From positions 69-64,068 of the forward strand of contig CAJJAC010000008.1 in the NCBI GenBank assembly GCA_905181955.1: a stretch of DNA of 64,000 nucleotides, given 5' to 3'. The notes beneath the pieces are model-generated. The model made no database searches. It saw nothing but the letters and a program-made list of their open reading frames with translations, and was not told the origin of the DNA. Below are positions 34,158 through 43,929 of the stretch, in pieces. The translations under genes and the position numbers were made by a program. This DNA comes from SAR86 cluster bacterium SAR86B (GTDB lineage: Bacteria > Pseudomonadota > Gammaproteobacteria > Magnimaribacterales > D2472). Position 1 is the stretch's first letter; each line of letters begins with the position of its first letter.

Positions 34158-35312
34158 ATGACTAATGTTAGAAGTTTAATTTTTTCAATTAAAAAACAAT
34201 TTACAGTTATATTATTTGCGCTTTCCAATAAAGCTTCGGCTGAGTGGGATGACTTAAATATGACGCAGGGAGCAACTGCAATAAGTAGAGAGGTCTATGA
34301 CCTGCATATGCTTATTTTTTGGATTTGTGTTGTTATAGGCGTCTTAGTATTTGGAGTCATGTTTTACTCAATGTATGCATATACCAAAAAGAAGAATCCT
34401 GTTGCAGCTACATTTCATGAGAATACAAAGGTTGAGCTAGCATGGACAATTATTCCTTTTTTAATTCTTATTGCTATGGCTGTTCCAGCATCCAAAACTC
34501 TTCAATCTATTTATAACGATGAAGCTGGCGATATTAATATTCAAGTAATTGGTCATCAATGGAAGTGGCAGTACAGATATCTCGAAGATGATGTTAACTT
34601 TTTTGCAAACCTATCAACTGATCTCGATGAAATATATAACAAAGTTCCTAAGGGTGAAAACTATCTTCAAGAAGTTGATGAAATAGTAGTAATCCCAGTT
34701 GGCAAAAAAGTTAGATTTCTTATAACAGCAAATGATGTTATCCATTCATGGTGGGTGCCTGCATTTGCCATAAAACAAGATGCTATCCCTGGTTTTATAA
34801 ATACTGCTTGGACTATTGTTGATGAGCCCGGACTATTCAGAGGAAAATGCACAGAGCTGTGCGGAAAAAATCATGGCTTTATGCCCATTGTAGTTAAGGC
34901 TGTTGAGCAAGATGAGTACGATCTTTGGATAAAAGAAAAACAAGCAGGAGCAATAGCTTTGGCTGAATTAACAGAAAAAGACTGGACAGCTGCAGAGCTT
35001 GTAGAAAGAGGTGAATCTCTATATATAAAGAACTGTGTAGCATGTCATGGACCTAATGGTGCAGGTGTAACAGGAATTTTTCCTGCTCTGGCAGGAAGTG
35101 ACATAGTTTTAAATAATAAAACTCGCCAAATAGAAATTTTGATGGAAGGAGTTCAAGGAGCCGCAATGCAATCTTATGCAGAACAACTTGCTGAAGTTGA
35201 TATGGCAGCCGTTATTACTTACACAAGAAGGTCTTGGGGTAATGCTGAGAAAGGGGATGGAGAAATTGTTGTTCCCAAAGATATAGTTGAATATAAGAAA
35301 GCAAAAATTTAG
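34158..35312 (+). CDS. coxB: Cytochrome c oxidase subunit II with C-terminal cytochrome c domain
   Basis: GHQWKWQY, DVIHSW, CuA ligands CTELCGKNHGFM, heme motif CVACH. Confidence 0.97.
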   Translation: MTNVRSLIFSIKKQFTVILFALSNKASAEWDDLNMTQGATAISREVYDLHMLIFWICVVIGVLVFGVMFYSMYAYTKKKNPVAATFHENTKVELAWTIIPFLILIAMAVPASKTLQSIYNDEAGDINIQVIGHQWKWQYRYLEDDVNFFANLSTDLDEIYNKVPKGENYLQEVDEIVVIPVGKKVRFLITANDVIHSWWVPAFAIKQDAIPGFINTAWTIVDEPGLFRGKCTELCGKNHGFMPIVVKAVEQDEYDLWIKEKQAGAIALAELTEKDWTAAELVERGESLYIKNCVACHGPNGAGVTGIFPALAGSDIVLNNKTRQIEILMEGVQGAAMQSYAEQLAEVDMAAVITYTRRSWGNAEKGDGEIVVPKDIVEYKKAKI

Positions 35313-35330
35313 TATTAAAAGAGGAAATAT

Positions 35331-36914
35331 ATGAGCGCTGTAATAGAAAATCACCATGACGATCATCATCATGGTCCTGCAAAAGGTTTAAAAAGATGGT
35401 TTTATACAACTAACCATAAAGATATAGGAACACTATATCTGTGGTTTAGTTTTGCTATGTTCCTCATTGGTGGAGCTATGGCAATGATTATCAGAGCCGA
35501 GCTTTTCCAGCCAGGCATGCAAATTGTTGAGCCAGAATTCTATAATCAAATGATCACCTTGCACGGGTTAATTATGATTTTCGGTGGAGTTATGCCAGCC
35601 TTTGTTGGTCTTGCTAACTGGCTAGTTCCTATGATGATAGGTGCACCAGATATGGCATTGCCTAGAATGAATAATTTAAGTTTTTGGATATTACCTTTTG
35701 CATTCTTTATTCTTCTATCTTCATTATTTATGGAGGGTGGAGCTCCTAATTTTGGTTGGACGTTTTATGCGCCTCTTTCAACTACTTATGCCCCTCCAAG
35801 CACAACCTTTTTTATATTCTCTGTTCATATAATGGGTGCATCATCAATAATGGGCTCAATTAATGTCATAGTAACAATCATGAACATGAGAGCTCCAGGA
35901 ATGGGGCTTATGAAAATGCCTCTTTTCGTATGGTCCTGGTTGATTACTGCATACCTACTAATTGCAGTTATGCCAGTTCTTGCAGGCGCAGTAACTATGA
36001 TGTTAATGGATATCCATTTTGGAACTAGTTTCTTTAATGCAGCAGGTGGCGGAGACCCAGTTCTATTCCAGCATATATTTTGGTTCTTCGGACATCCAGA
36101 AGTCTATATTATGATTCTTCCAGCTTTTGGAATTGTTTCTCATATTATTGAGACCTTCTCTAGAAAACAGTTATTTGGATACTCATCTATGGTTTGGGCG
36201 ATGCTATCAATTGCTATCCTTTCTTTTGTAGTATGGGCGCATCATATGTTTACAGTTGGCATGCCTCTTGCGGCAGAATTATTTTTCATGTGGTCAACAA
36301 TGCTTATCGCCGTTCCAACTGGAGTAAAAGTATTTAATTGGATAGCAACTATGTTTAGGGGCTCAATAACATTTGAAACACCTATGTTATTTGCATGTGC
36401 ATTTGTTGTGTTATTCACCCTTGGTGGCTTTTCTGGGTTAATGCTTGCCATTACTCCAGCTGATTTTCAGTATCACGATACATACTTTGTTGTAGCTCAT
36501 TTTCATTACGTATTAGTTCCTGGAGCTATCTTCTCAATAATGGCAGCAGTCTATTACTGGATACCTAAATGGACTGGCAACATGTATGACGAAAGACTTG
36601 GAAAACTTCATTTCTGGCTTTCATTTGTTGGTGTAAATGTAACATTCTTCCCACAGCATTTTATCGGCTTGGCTGGCATGCCAAGACGTGTTCCAGATTA
36701 CGCGTTGCAATTTGCAGACTGGAATATGGTTTCAACAGCCGGAGCATTCTTATTTGGTTTTTCACAAGTATTCTTCTTATTTATTGTTATTAAGACAGTA
36801 GTGGGTGGAAAGAAAGCAACTGCTCAGGTATGGGAAGGTGCTAGAGGTTTAGAATGGACAGTTGATTCACCTGCTCCTTATCATACATTTACCACACCAC
36901 CTAAAGTAAGCTAA
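35331..36914 (+). CDS. coxA: Cytochrome c oxidase subunit I (A1 type)
   Basis: NHKDIG, WFFGHPEVY, WAHHM, AHFHY. Confidence 0.99.
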   Translation: MSAVIENHHDDHHHGPAKGLKRWFYTTNHKDIGTLYLWFSFAMFLIGGAMAMIIRAELFQPGMQIVEPEFYNQMITLHGLIMIFGGVMPAFVGLANWLVPMMIGAPDMALPRMNNLSFWILPFAFFILLSSLFMEGGAPNFGWTFYAPLSTTYAPPSTTFFIFSVHIMGASSIMGSINVIVTIMNMRAPGMGLMKMPLFVWSWLITAYLLIAVMPVLAGAVTMMLMDIHFGTSFFNAAGGGDPVLFQHIFWFFGHPEVYIMILPAFGIVSHIIETFSRKQLFGYSSMVWAMLSIAILSFVVWAHHMFTVGMPLAAELFFMWSTMLIAVPTGVKVFNWIATMFRGSITFETPMLFACAFVVLFTLGGFSGLMLAITPADFQYHDTYFVVAHFHYVLVPGAIFSIMAAVYYWIPKWTGNMYDERLGKLHFWLSFVGVNVTFFPQHFIGLAGMPRRVPDYALQFADWNMVSTAGAFLFGFSQVFFLFIVIKTVVGGKKATAQVWEGARGLEWTVDSPAPYHTFTTPPKVS

Positions 36915-36916
36915 TT

Positions 36917-37477
36917 ATGGGTAATAAGAGAAAGACTATATTAAAACTTTCAGCCGCAGTGGCGGGAATGTACTTATTCTCTTTTTTACTTGTGCCTTTA
37001 TATGATGTTTTTTGTGATATTACAGGCCTAAATGGCAAAGTTGCTCAATCAACGAATGCAGAGTCATCAATATCTGTTGAAGGAAGAGAGATAAGTCTTC
37101 AATTTATCTCACATAATAATGCAGGAATGCCTTGGGTATTTAAGCCATCAAAAAAAGTTTCAAAAATAAAAACGGGGACACTTTATGAGGCTACATTTTA
37201 TGCAAAGAATACTACTGATAAAATGATGACTGGTAGAGCTGTTAATAGCGTTGCTCCGTCAAATGCAAAAGATTATATTAAAAAAATAGAGTGTTTTTGT
37301 TTTGCTGAAGGCATAGAGCTTATGCCAGGTGAAGAGATACTCCTTCCAATCAAAATGGTTGTTGATAATGAGCTGCCTAAAAATATTAAGAATATAGTTC
37401 TTTCTTATACTATCTTCGATAGTAATATAGAACACAGTATTACAATGGATCACGATAGTGATCTCGCGGGGTCTTAA
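36917..37477 (+). CDS. ctaG: Cytochrome c oxidase assembly copper chaperone (Cox11)
   Basis: VPLYDVFCDITG, KIECFCF. Confidence 0.95.
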   Translation: MGNKRKTILKLSAAVAGMYLFSFLLVPLYDVFCDITGLNGKVAQSTNAESSISVEGREISLQFISHNNAGMPWVFKPSKKVSKIKTGTLYEATFYAKNTTDKMMTGRAVNSVAPSNAKDYIKKIECFCFAEGIELMPGEEILLPIKMVVDNELPKNIKNIVLSYTIFDSNIEHSITMDHDSDLAGS

Positions 37478-37480
37478 GAT

Positions 37481-38398
37481 ATGAGTGGTGGAAATTATTA
37501 CGTACCAGATTCAAGCAGATATCCAATTTTTGCTGCTGTCTCTTTATTTCTTCTTGTTATGGGAGCAGGTGGAACAATAAATGGAGTAGCTAACGGCTCT
37601 ACAGTTTTATATATAGGCTTTGCAACTATGGCTGTGACAATGTTTTTCTGGTTTAGAACAGTTGTTCAGGAACATCTAGCAGGTCTTGATAGTGCTCAGT
37701 TAAAAAAATCTTATGTATTTGGTATGGCATGGTTCATTTTTTCTGAGGTTATGTTCTTTGGAGCATTTTTTGGCGCTTTATTTTATGTAAGAAATTTTGC
37801 AGTGCCATGGCTAGCAGGTGAGGGAGAGAAAGGCGCACCAATTGCATTTGTTCAAGAGATGGGCGTAGACTTTTGGACTGGATTCCAAAATACGTGGCCA
37901 GTTATAGCTACTCCAGATGCTGGAGATGCATACGAGATGGCTGATAAAAGTATGGCTTTTCCTGGTTGGTCGCATGTTGCTGAGTGGTTACCTCTTTGGA
38001 ATACAATCATTCTTCTAAGCTCAAGTGTTACCGTACATTTTGCTCATCTAGGTTTAAAAAATGGAAGCAGAAAAGCTTTTAATAGATGGCTTGGTGCAAC
38101 AGTCGGCTTAGCTGTAATATTTTTAGGACTCCAAGCTGCAGAATACTATGAAGCATATGCACATTACGGACTAACCCTTAATTCTGGAATATACGGATCT
38201 ACATTCTTTATGTTAACTGGGTTTCATGGCTTCCATGTTTTTCTTGGTTGTTGCATGCTTTCAGTGATGCTTGTTAGATCAGTATTCTTTAATCATTTTG
38301 AAACACATGACCATTTTGGTTTTGAAGCAGCATCATGGTACTGGCACTTTGTAGATGTTGTTTGGGTAATGTTATTTTTCTTTGTATATATAATCTAA
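37481..38398 (+). CDS. coxC: Cytochrome c oxidase subunit III
   Basis: FIFSEVMFF, TGFHGFHV, WYWHFVDVVW. Confidence 0.98.
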   Translation: MSGGNYYVPDSSRYPIFAAVSLFLLVMGAGGTINGVANGSTVLYIGFATMAVTMFFWFRTVVQEHLAGLDSAQLKKSYVFGMAWFIFSEVMFFGAFFGALFYVRNFAVPWLAGEGEKGAPIAFVQEMGVDFWTGFQNTWPVIATPDAGDAYEMADKSMAFPGWSHVAEWLPLWNTIILLSSSVTVHFAHLGLKNGSRKAFNRWLGATVGLAVIFLGLQAAEYYEAYAHYGLTLNSGIYGSTFFMLTGFHGFHVFLGCCMLSVMLVRSVFFNHFETHDHFGFEAASWYWHFVDVVWVMLFFFVYII

Positions 38399-38619
38399 TT
38401 AACTTGGTCCCAAGGAACGCTATTACCTAGCTGCCCTGTATAAAGACCATACGTAATTAAAATTATTAATAAGATACCAAGACTAACTCTAGCTCCTAAA
38501 CCATAAACAGTTCTTTTGCTTTCGGTTAAGCCCTGATCCTTCAAGAGAAAGAATAGGCTACTACCTAAACTTAAAAGGATTAAAGCGATTACAATGAATA
38601 TTGTAGTTTTTAATAACAT
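38395..38619 (-). CDS. Twin transmembrane helix small protein (DUF2909-like)
   Basis: Two TM helices with SLGSSLFFL..D...RTV..L..RV, antisense between coxC and SURF1 as in other gammaproteobacterial cox clusters; likely start ATG 38619. Confidence 0.8.
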   Translation of the reverse strand: MLLKTTIFIVIALILLSLGSSLFFLLKDQGLTESKRTVYGLGARVSLGILLIILITYGLYTGQLGNSVPWDQVN

Positions 38620-38656
38620 CTTGCGAGTATTGTAAAACATAGTTTTTTTTTTAGAT

Positions 38657-39367
38657 ATGACTAGAAACCAATCTTTTAATCCGGGTACAAAAATCTCTGT
38701 ATTTTTTATCTTTTTTGCAACTGTATTTTTTGCACTAGGCGTATGGCAGATAGAAAGAGGTCAAAATAAACAACAAGTATTAGATGCATTTAACTCAGCC
38801 ATGAAAGCTGAACCTTCCCCACTTAGCTCAAACTCAAAAAAATGGCAGCGTGTATATGTATCTGGAACATTTGATGAATCACGTCAAATTTTAATTGACA
38901 ACACAATTTTTAGAGGTCGCGTAGGTTTTAAAGTTTTTACTCCTTTTATCTTAAAGTCATCAGAGCAATTACTGCTTGTTGATAGAGGCTGGATACAACA
39001 AGAAGACTTTAGAGTAAATTTACCAGCCATACCTATCAAAAGCCTATCTGCAGACCTTAGTGGGTTACTTGTAAAACCAGAGCTTGGCTTTGTTCTGTCT
39101 GATGAGTTAATTTCAGGCCCATGGCCAAAGATAAGCCAAACCCAATCATTGAATTATATTGTAAAAGAATATCCCGAAGAGCTTTATCCTTTTGTATTAG
39201 TCGCTGAACCAACATTTCAAGATGCCTTGAATTATATGGAAGTTATACCAACCAATATGCCTCCTGTAAAACACTATGGATATGCACTTCAGTGGTTTAC
39301 TATGTTTCTTGTTTTATGTGGGATGTATATATATTTCGGTTTCAAAAATAAAAATTATGAAAAATAA
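38657..39367 (+). CDS. SURF1 family cytochrome oxidase biogenesis protein
   Basis: LGVWQIER, LVDRGW, HYGYALQWF. Confidence 0.93.
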   Translation: MTRNQSFNPGTKISVFFIFFATVFFALGVWQIERGQNKQQVLDAFNSAMKAEPSPLSSNSKKWQRVYVSGTFDESRQILIDNTIFRGRVGFKVFTPFILKSSEQLLLVDRGWIQQEDFRVNLPAIPIKSLSADLSGLLVKPELGFVLSDELISGPWPKISQTQSLNYIVKEYPEELYPFVLVAEPTFQDALNYMEVIPTNMPPVKHYGYALQWFTMFLVLCGMYIYFGFKNKNYEK

Positions 39368-39905
39368 AATAGCATTAATCTTTATCTTATTAACTCCTAT
39401 TCTTATCGTAGCTCTATCTTCTATATATTTTAGTATGGGATATTCACCAGAAGGTACAAAAAATGAAGGCATATTCTTTAATGAATACTTTGATGTATCA
39501 GATATGGAAATTTATACAGAGGATAAAAAAATATCATTTCAAGACGGCAAATGGATTCTCGGTGTTTACATAACAGATGCAGATAAAGCAAAAAACTCTT
39601 TATATCTTATGCGTCAATTAAATGTTGCCTTAAATAGAGATATTTTTAGGGTTAAAAGAGCGGCTTTTTATAATAATAAAGAATTAGAAGCAGCTATAAA
39701 AAATACAAAGAGCGAATATCCCAGAATAGGCATCTATAAAGATCCTTCAAATATTTTCTTTAACTCTTTACAAAACAATTCTGATCTAGATCTTACTCTA
39801 GATAATCCAATTTTTGTTATAGATCCTTACGGAAGAGTTGTTATGTACTTTAATGTTGATCTTGATCCTAAGAAAATCTTAAAAGATTTGAAGGTATTAA
39901 TTTAA
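39357..39905 (+). CDS. Conserved membrane-anchored cox-cluster protein (thioredoxin-like)
   Basis: N-terminal TM, N.G motif, IDP.G.VVM, C-terminal KDLKVL; located between SURF1 and ctaA. Likely start ATG 39357. Confidence 0.7.
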   Translation: MKNKIALIFILLTPILIVALSSIYFSMGYSPEGTKNEGIFFNEYFDVSDMEIYTEDKKISFQDGKWILGVYITDADKAKNSLYLMRQLNVALNRDIFRVKRAAFYNNKELEAAIKNTKSEYPRIGIYKDPSNIFFNSLQNNSDLDLTLDNPIFVIDPYGRVVMYFNVDLDPKKILKDLKVLI

Positions 39906-40879
39906 TGACATACATAAGAAATTTATCTCTATTTGGCGTTTTATTTGGTTTTGTTGTAGTCGCACTTGGTGCTTGGACTAGATTAGTAGATGCCGGTCTA
40001 GGCTGTCCAGACTGGCCTGGGTGTTATGGGTTTGTTGTTTTTCCTACGAGTGAATTAGATGTAGCGATTGCAGAACAGCGCTTCCCTCAATTTCCATATG
40101 ACATTAATAAAGCAATACCAGAAGTAGTTCATAGATATTTTGCTGCTACATTAGGGTTAGTTGCCATAGTACTTTCTTTCTTATCTTTTAAACAAAGAAA
40201 AGACATTAATATTAGATACTGGTGTCTTGGGTTACTTGTATTTATATGTTGCCAGGGAGTATTTGGTTATCTTACTGTTAGCTTAAAACTCTTACCGATA
40301 ATAGTTACAGGCCATCTCTTTGGTGGATTTATTACTGTATCGTTATTCTTCTTTATCTTTATTAGGGCAGGAAATTTTGCTTCATTAAATACCTTTAATA
40401 TCCAAAAAGTTAAATATATTGCATTAACTTGCTTAGCCTTGCTCTTAGTTCAAATATTTTTAGGTGCCTGGACAAGTACCAATTATGCTTCACTAGCGTG
40501 CCCGGATTTTCCCACCTGCCAGGGTTCTTTTTCTCCTGATATGGATTTCAAGAATGGATTTAGTTTTAATCAAGAGGTTGGGCCCAATTACTTATATGGG
40601 TTACTAGATAATCCTTCCAGAGTTGCAATTCATTATTCTCACAGAGTGACCGCTTTAATTTTAATGCTCGCATATTTAATATTAATATCCAAACTTTGGT
40701 TTACAGCGGCAGCTCCATTAGCATCTTCAGTTGGCGTGATACTACTAACTCAAATATCATTAGGTATCATGAATGTTGTATATGTTTTACCTCTTTATAT
40801 TGCTATAGCGCATAATCTAGTAGCTGCATTACTTTTAATCATAACGCTAACAATTAATTATTTAGCCTGGAAAAGATGA
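39905..40879 (+). CDS. ctaA: Heme A synthase (COX15/CtaA)
   Basis: GLGCPDWPGC, EVVHR, ACPDFPTC, HR, AHN. Confidence 0.94.
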   Translation: MTYIRNLSLFGVLFGFVVVALGAWTRLVDAGLGCPDWPGCYGFVVFPTSELDVAIAEQRFPQFPYDINKAIPEVVHRYFAATLGLVAIVLSFLSFKQRKDINIRYWCLGLLVFICCQGVFGYLTVSLKLLPIIVTGHLFGGFITVSLFFFIFIRAGNFASLNTFNIQKVKYIALTCLALLLVQIFLGAWTSTNYASLACPDFPTCQGSFSPDMDFKNGFSFNQEVGPNYLYGLLDNPSRVAIHYSHRVTALILMLAYLILISKLWFTAAAPLASSVGVILLTQISLGIMNVVYVLPLYIAIAHNLVAALLLIITLTINYLAWKR

Positions 40880-41739
40880 CTATAGTTAGAAATTACTACG
40901 AACTCTGTAAACCCAATGTTGTATTGATGATGTTGCTCTGTGCACTTGTGGGGATAGTTCTTGCTAGCGAAACTTTAGTTCCACTGATAGATATTATTGT
41001 TCCTTTAATAGGCATCGGGTTATGTTCGGGCTCAGCGGCTGCTATTAATCAGATCATAGATAGAGAAGCTGATGCTGAAATGGATAGAACAGATAAAAGA
41101 CCAATACCGCAGGGTGAAATTTCTGTTAGAAACGCTTCCATTTTTGCTCTAACGATTGGACTGCTTGGGGCAGCAATACTTATATTTCTTGTTAACAGCT
41201 TAACAGCCATTCTTACAATCTTGGCTTTAGGCGGTTATGCCTTTATCTATACAATCTATCTCAAAAGAGCAACACCACAAAATATAGTCATTGGTGGATT
41301 AGCTGGTGCAGCTCCCCCTTTGCTTGGATGGGCATCAGTTACTAACACGATTGAACCAAATGCTCTTTTACTTGTTTTGATAATATTTATTTGGACTCCA
41401 CCACATTTTTGGGCTTTAGCAATTTATAGGAAAGATGATTACGCAAAGCAATCAATACCAATGCTCCCAGTAACTCATGGCGTAGCTTTTACCAAGCTAC
41501 AAATAGTTCTCTATACCATTATTTTATTTTTAGTTAGCCTATTCCCATACATTGTTCTTATGTCTGGAACAATTTACTTGGTATCAGCACTTATTCTTAG
41601 CTCACTTTTTCTTTTTTATTCAGTTCGATTATATTTAAGTGATGATGATAAATATGCAATGCAGACTTTCTGGTTTTCGATTTACTATATATTTCTAATC
41701 TTTATTGCCTTAATAGTAGATCATTTTATTTATATATAA
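40876..41739 (+). CDS. cyoE: Protoheme IX farnesyltransferase (heme O synthase)
   Basis: NQIIDREAD..M.RT..RP, LKRATPQNIVIGG, WTPPHFWAL. Confidence 0.96.
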   Translation: MTIVRNYYELCKPNVVLMMLLCALVGIVLASETLVPLIDIIVPLIGIGLCSGSAAAINQIIDREADAEMDRTDKRPIPQGEISVRNASIFALTIGLLGAAILIFLVNSLTAILTILALGGYAFIYTIYLKRATPQNIVIGGLAGAAPPLLGWASVTNTIEPNALLLVLIIFIWTPPHFWALAIYRKDDYAKQSIPMLPVTHGVAFTKLQIVLYTIILFLVSLFPYIVLMSGTIYLVSALILSSLFLFYSVRLYLSDDDKYAMQTFWFSIYYIFLIFIALIVDHFIYI

Positions 41740-42390
41740 ATGCAGAAAGCTATTAAAGTAAATCTCGCACTTATAATTATTTTTATCCTTACCGTACTGG
41801 TACTTTTTATTAATAATTTAACTACACCCAGAACACTTTCGAATCAGGAATTACTAGTTAACGGGTTATTTCTATTCCAAGAGCCTAAGCAGATATCTAA
41901 TTTCTCTTTTGAATCATCAAATAATAAAATCTTCACTAAAGATGATTTAATCGGAAAGTGGTCAGTCCTATATTTTGGTTTCTCAAGATGCCCGAATGAG
42001 TGCCCTGTAGCAATGTATGAATTATCAAAACTCGTAGATGTGCTAAGAGATAAAGATTTTTACTTAGATGATAAGCAGTGGGTCCTTGTAACTATTGATC
42101 CAGAAAGAGACACTCCAGCAATTATTGACACATATGCAAAGGGGTTTGATCCAGAATTTATTGGCCTAAGCTCAAGCAGACCAATGCTATTAAACCTTGC
42201 GACCCAGCTTGCTGTAAATAATAAAATGCCGCCAATGAACAATGAAGATGATAACCATGATCATCTAGATGCTCATGTAAATAATATTATTTTAATAAAT
42301 CCTGAAGGAAAGTTCGTAGGATTTTTTAGACCGCCATTTGATATTTCCAGGTTATCACTAACCTATCAATCGGTAACTCAGCCTAACTAA
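41740..42390 (+). CDS. SCO family copper chaperone
   Basis: YFGFSRCPNECP (CxxxC), DPERDT, distal His. Confidence 0.93.
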   Translation: MQKAIKVNLALIIIFILTVLVLFINNLTTPRTLSNQELLVNGLFLFQEPKQISNFSFESSNNKIFTKDDLIGKWSVLYFGFSRCPNECPVAMYELSKLVDVLRDKDFYLDDKQWVLVTIDPERDTPAIIDTYAKGFDPEFIGLSSSRPMLLNLATQLAVNNKMPPMNNEDDNHDHLDAHVNNIILINPEGKFVGFFRPPFDISRLSLTYQSVTQPN

Positions 42391-42878
42391 GGAGATTCTG
42401 GCAGATTTTCATAGCTTAGATCGTTATATGGGTTTTGAGCTCCAATAGCATCTGGATGGACAACCGATATATCAATATCACTTCCATAATCACCAGAAAT
42501 AAAACCAGCTACTGTATTTTTTGGAGCAATATAGATAGTTGCGAATCTTCCATTTTTTGCATAAACCAATGTGACTTCTTCACCAACTTTAGATGAAACA
42601 AGTACCCAGCCCGTTGTAAGAGTTTCAGTCCCATAAAAGATAAGGTTTTCTGCAGGACTAAAGCCTGATGTCAACATAATTCTTCCAGAAATAGATTCAC
42701 CAGTTCCTAATAAGACAGTTGGAGCTTTAACAATTTCAGCATCTGTAGGCAAAGGAAAGTCCTCTAAAAGATAGGCAATTACTTTTCTTTGATTGGCTTG
42801 ATATTCATCAGTGATAAGCGCACAGCCAGAAAATAAGATGGTTGAAAATAGGAGCGTTAAAAGTGTTTTATTTTTCAT
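42387..42878 (-). CDS. Hypothetical lipoprotein
   Basis: Signal peptide with lipobox FSG-C; no recognised domain. Confidence 0.7.
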   Translation of the reverse strand: MKNKTLLTLLFSTILFSGCALITDEYQANQRKVIAYLLEDFPLPTDAEIVKAPTVLLGTGESISGRIMLTSGFSPAENLIFYGTETLTTGWVLVSSKVGEEVTLVYAKNGRFATIYIAPKNTVAGFISGDYGSDIDISVVHPDAIGAQNPYNDLSYENLPESP

Positions 42879-42920
42879 ATTTAAATTATGACAGCTTCTG
42901 TAATTTTTTTCATTACTAAG

Positions 42921-43919
42921 CTACATATTAATGATAACTTTTCCTTTAGCCTTTCTATTTGCTAAATGCGAGAAAGCTTCAGCAGAGTCTTCTAATGCGT
43001 ATCTTTGCGAAACCTCAGGATTAATTTTTCCTTCAGCATGCAGTTTGAATAATTCATCAAAATTCTTTTTATTTTCATCTGGGAATAAGCCAACCCATGC
43101 TCCCCAAAAAACACCAACAATTTGGCATCCTTTTAAAAGCGTTATATTCAGTGGAATTTTTGGTATTTCGCCTGCAGCGAAGCCAATAACTAGATACCTA
43201 CCTTCCCAAGCAGTTGCTCTAAGACAAGGTTCAGCGTAACTATCACCAACTGGGTCATAAACAACATTTGCACCCATTCCGCCTGTTAATTCTTTAATCT
43301 TGTTTGATAATTGCTTTTGCTGATCTCTATCAAGATTACCACTTGGATATATAAAACCCTCATCAGCCCCATGAGCCATACACATATCAATCTTATCTTG
43401 AGTAGATGCGGCTGCAATTACTTTTGCACCCATAGCTTTCCCAAGCTCTATAGCAGCTATACCTACTCCACCCGAGGCACCAAGAACCAGCAAGGTTTCA
43501 CCTGGTTGGATATTTGCTCTTTGCTTAAGTGCATACAGACTAGTTCCATAGGTCATTGATAGAGCTGCTGCTGAATCGTAATCCATTGAGTCGGGTATTA
43601 ATGTGCAGCTACCTTCATGAGCTAATATCTTTTCTGCAAAAGCTCCCGTTCCAGTCATAGCAAAAACTTTATCACCAACTTTAAATTTAGTTACATCTTC
43701 GCCGATTTCTGAAATAATTCCGGCTGATTCACCGCCTGGAGTAAAAGGTAGAGGCGGCTGATATTGATAAAGTCCTTGAATCATCAAAACATCAGGAAAG
43801 TTTATACTGCCTGATTTAACATCTATGACAACATGCCCAGGAATAGCTGAAGGTGATTCAACCTCATTTATTTCAAGTTTATCTGGCCCACCCATTTCAA
43901 CACACTGCAAAGCTTTCAT
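42921..43919 (-). CDS. NADPH:quinone oxidoreductase (zinc-independent MDR family)
   Basis: NFPD..IQG.YQ..P, GASGGVG, GFAAGEIP, GKV. Confidence 0.93.
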   Translation of the reverse strand: MKALQCVEMGGPDKLEINEVESPSAIPGHVVIDVKSGSINFPDVLMIQGLYQYQPPLPFTPGGESAGIISEIGEDVTKFKVGDKVFAMTGTGAFAEKILAHEGSCTLIPDSMDYDSAAALSMTYGTSLYALKQRANIQPGETLLVLGASGGVGIAAIELGKAMGAKVIAAASTQDKIDMCMAHGADEGFIYPSGNLDRDQQKQLSNKIKELTGGMGANVVYDPVGDSYAEPCLRATAWEGRYLVIGFAAGEIPKIPLNITLLKGCQIVGVFWGAWVGLFPDENKKNFDELFKLHAEGKINPEVSQRYALEDSAEAFSHLANRKAKGKVIINM

Positions 43920-43929
43920 TATTTATCTC

